A DNA stretch of 64,000 nt, taken from assembly GCA_963782065.1 (NCBI GenBank), contig CAWAIE010000003.1, forward strand, positions 558,667 through 622,666. The letters are read 5' to 3'. Positions within the stretch are counted from its first letter, which is position 1; each line of letters starts with the position of its first letter. Below the pieces are notes generated by a model. It was given only the letters and a program-made list of their open reading frames with translations. It was not told the origin of the DNA and did no database searches. The DNA comes from Vulcanimicrobiota bacterium (GTDB lineage Bacteria > Vulcanimicrobiota > Vulcanimicrobiia > Vulcanimicrobiales > Vulcanimicrobiaceae). The position numbers were made by a program, and so were the translations under genes. This document shows positions 61,986 through 64,000 of this stretch, in pieces.

Positions 61986-63920
61986 TCAGCCCGAAACGGC
62001 GTGCAGAGGAGCGGCGGCCGCCACGCGTTCGGCGATTGCCGCGGCGCTGAGCCCGAACATCGCACGCTGTTTGTCTTGCGAATCGTGCTGCACGAGCACG
62101 TTGGGAACGCCCACGCGCTCGACGGCGAGATTCAAGCCGCGATCGGAGACGCACTCTGCAACGGCCGAGCCGAAGCCGCCGGACACCGAGTGCTCCTCCA
62201 GCGTAATGACGCGATCGTGGTCGCGCGCGAGTTCGGCGAGCAGCGCTTCGTCGAGCGGCTTCGCGAAGCGCGCGTTCACGACCGTTGGTAAATCGCCGTA
62301 ACCGGCTTCGCGCAGTTTGTCGTAAACGTCGAGCGCGAGATCCACGCTCGTGCCGTAGGCGAGAATCGCGACGCCGCGCCCGCGGCGCAGCACCTCGGCC
62401 TTACCCTGCACGATCGGCGCGAGCGGCTCGCCGCTTTGACGCCCGCTGGTCGAGCCGCGCGGATACCGAATTCCGGCCGCCGCGTTCAACGTGAGCGCGT
62501 GCTCGAGCATCGGCTGGAGTTCGTCTTCGCAGCGCGGCGCCATGAGGGTGACGTTCGGGAGCGTGCGAAGATAGGCGATGTCGTAGAGTCCCATATGCGT
62601 CGGCCCGTCGTCGCCGACGAAGCCGGCACGATCCATGCAGAACACGACCGGCAAGTTCTGCACCACCACGTCGTGGACGATTTGATCGTAGGCGCGCTGC
62701 AGAAACGTCGAGTAGATTGCGCAAACCGGACGCAGGCCGCTCGACGCTAGCCCGGCTGCGAAGCAGACCGCGTGCGCCTCCGCGATGCCCACGTCGAAGT
62801 AGCGCTCGGGAAAGCGCTTTCCGAACTTCGACAGACCGGTGCCGTCGGGCATGGCGGCGGTGATGCCGACGACGCGCGGATCGGCCTCCGCAACGGCAAT
62901 CATCGCATCGCCGAAGACGTCTTGAAATTTCGGGCGCGCGCCTTGGCTGCTTTTCTTCGAGCCGTCTTTGGGTTCGAACGCATTAGCGCCGACGCCGTGA
63001 AACGTCCGCGAGTCGCGCTCGGCAGGTTCGTAGCCTTTCCCTTTCACGGTGCGCACGTGCAGCAGGACGGGGCGATCGAACGCCCGCGCCGTACAAAGCG
63101 CATCGACGACCGCGTCGAAGTTGTGCCCGTCGACCGGTCCGATGTAGCGGAACCCGAGTTCTTCGAAGATCACCGCGGTCTTTTCGGTCGGCGAGATGAA
63201 GCGCATCGCGCCCAGTTCGGCCGACTCGATCGCCTTTTTCGCCGCACTTCCGAGGGGAATGCGATCGAGTACCATCTTCCCGGTGCGCCGCGCGAAGTTC
63301 GCGAACGGTTTGGTGCGCAGCACCGAAAGGTACGACGCGATCGAACCGACGTTGGGCGCGATCGACATCTCGTTGTCGTTGAGAATGACGATGAACTGGC
63401 TCTTCAGCGCCCCAGCGTTGTTGAGCGCTTCGTAAGCGAGGCCGCCGGTGAGCGCGCCGTCACCCAGGACGGCGACGACCGTTTCGTCCCCGCCCGTGAG
63501 GTCGCGCGCGTGCGCCATTCCGAGCGCTGCCGAGACCGCCGTACTCGCGTGGCCGGCGCCGAACGGATCGTACTCCGACTCGCTGCGCATCGCAAAACCG
63601 GAGAGACCGCCGCCTTTGCGGATCGTGCCGAACCGGTCGCGACGGCCGCTGAGGATTTTGTGCACGTAGGTCTGGTGACTGACGTCCCACACGAGTTTGT
63701 CGTGCGGAAGGTCGAGCACGCGGTGCAGCGCGAGCGTGAGTTCGACCACGCCGAGATTCGGCGCGAGATGGCCGCCGTTGGCCGCGCAGGTCTCGACCAG
63801 CATGCCGCGGATTTCGCTGGCGAGGGTATCGATCTCGGGGCGCTCGAGGCGTTTGACGTCGGCTGGAGAGGCGATTCGTTCGACGATCATCGTGTTGGCC
63901 TGCGGATTCGGCGCGGCCAA
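61986..63920 (-). CDS. dxs: 1-deoxy-D-xylulose-5-phosphate synthase
   Basis: 644 aa with GGHLAPNLGVVELTLALH, GDGALTGGLAYEALNNAG and FDVGIAEAHAV. TTG start with GGAGA 7 nt upstream (alternative ATG at MIVERI). Confidence 0.95.
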   Translation of the reverse strand: MAAPNPQANTMIVERIASPADVKRLERPEIDTLASEIRGMLVETCAANGGHLAPNLGVVELTLALHRVLDLPHDKLVWDVSHQTYVHKILSGRRDRFGTIRKGGGLSGFAMRSESEYDPFGAGHASTAVSAALGMAHARDLTGGDETVVAVLGDGALTGGLAYEALNNAGALKSQFIVILNDNEMSIAPNVGSIASYLSVLRTKPFANFARRTGKMVLDRIPLGSAAKKAIESAELGAMRFISPTEKTAVIFEELGFRYIGPVDGHNFDAVVDALCTARAFDRPVLLHVRTVKGKGYEPAERDSRTFHGVGANAFEPKDGSKKSSQGARPKFQDVFGDAMIAVAEADPRVVGITAAMPDGTGLSKFGKRFPERYFDVGIAEAHAVCFAAGLASSGLRPVCAIYSTFLQRAYDQIVHDVVVQNLPVVFCMDRAGFVGDDGPTHMGLYDIAYLRTLPNVTLMAPRCEDELQPMLEHALTLNAAAGIRYPRGSTSGRQSGEPLAPIVQGKAEVLRRGRGVAILAYGTSVDLALDVYDKLREAGYGDLPTVVNARFAKPLDEALLAELARDHDRVITLEEHSVSGGFGSAVAECVSDRGLNLAVERVGVPNVLVQHDSQDKQRAMFGLSAAAIAERVAAAAPLHAVSG

Positions 63921-64000
63921 GGTTATCTCCGTCTTAATAGGTCGTGCGCAGCGGAGCGGGCCTAGACTCGAGCGGCCGCGACGACTTGCGCCGCGCGGCG

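Noticed and set aside
63961-64000. Possible 3' end of a minus-strand gene upstream of dxs (…RRAAQVVAAARV-stop), e.g. ispA as in xseB-ispA-dxs operons.
   Set aside because: Only 13 codons are visible and they have no diagnostic sequence, so it cannot be called.

Overview
High-GC bacterial chromosomal window with dense coding on both strands. I found no rRNA, tRNA, CRISPR array, transposase or integrase. The backbone is the conserved RNA-polymerase/str/S10 gene array on the minus strand: rpoB, rpoC, rpsL, rpsG, fusA, tuf, rpsJ, rplC, rplD, rplW and rplB (5' part). Three accessory inserts break this array into four blocks. (i) 3.5 kb between rpoB and rpoC holds two oxidoreductases, a DUF5069-like gene, an S8/S53 peptidase and short repeats. 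(ii) About 34.6 kb lies between rpoC and rpsL. (iii) 5.3 kb between rpsJ and rplC holds gcdH, an aldo/keto reductase, an SRPBCC protein, a split chromate transporter and a HIT pair. The 34.6-kb wedge carries an aryl-CoA (anthraniloyl/salicylyl-CoA type) catabolic cluster split into two halves, and two DUF3311+sodium:solute symporter pairs. It also carries three prepilin-like or envelope genes, one directly downstream of a GT39 (GT-C) glycosyltransferase. A co-oriented string runs from a LAL/MalT-type regulator through a 21-codon ORF with a strong terminator, an unknown gene and an OmpR/HK two-component system. It ends in a TonB-dependent receptor with a 318-aa C-terminal extension. Each backbone fragment is preceded by a similar sigma70-type promoter (TTGACG/A-17/18-TAnAnT). 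All function calls rest on motif recognition in the supplied translations. No database search was run, and start codons (many GTG/TTG) are provisional.
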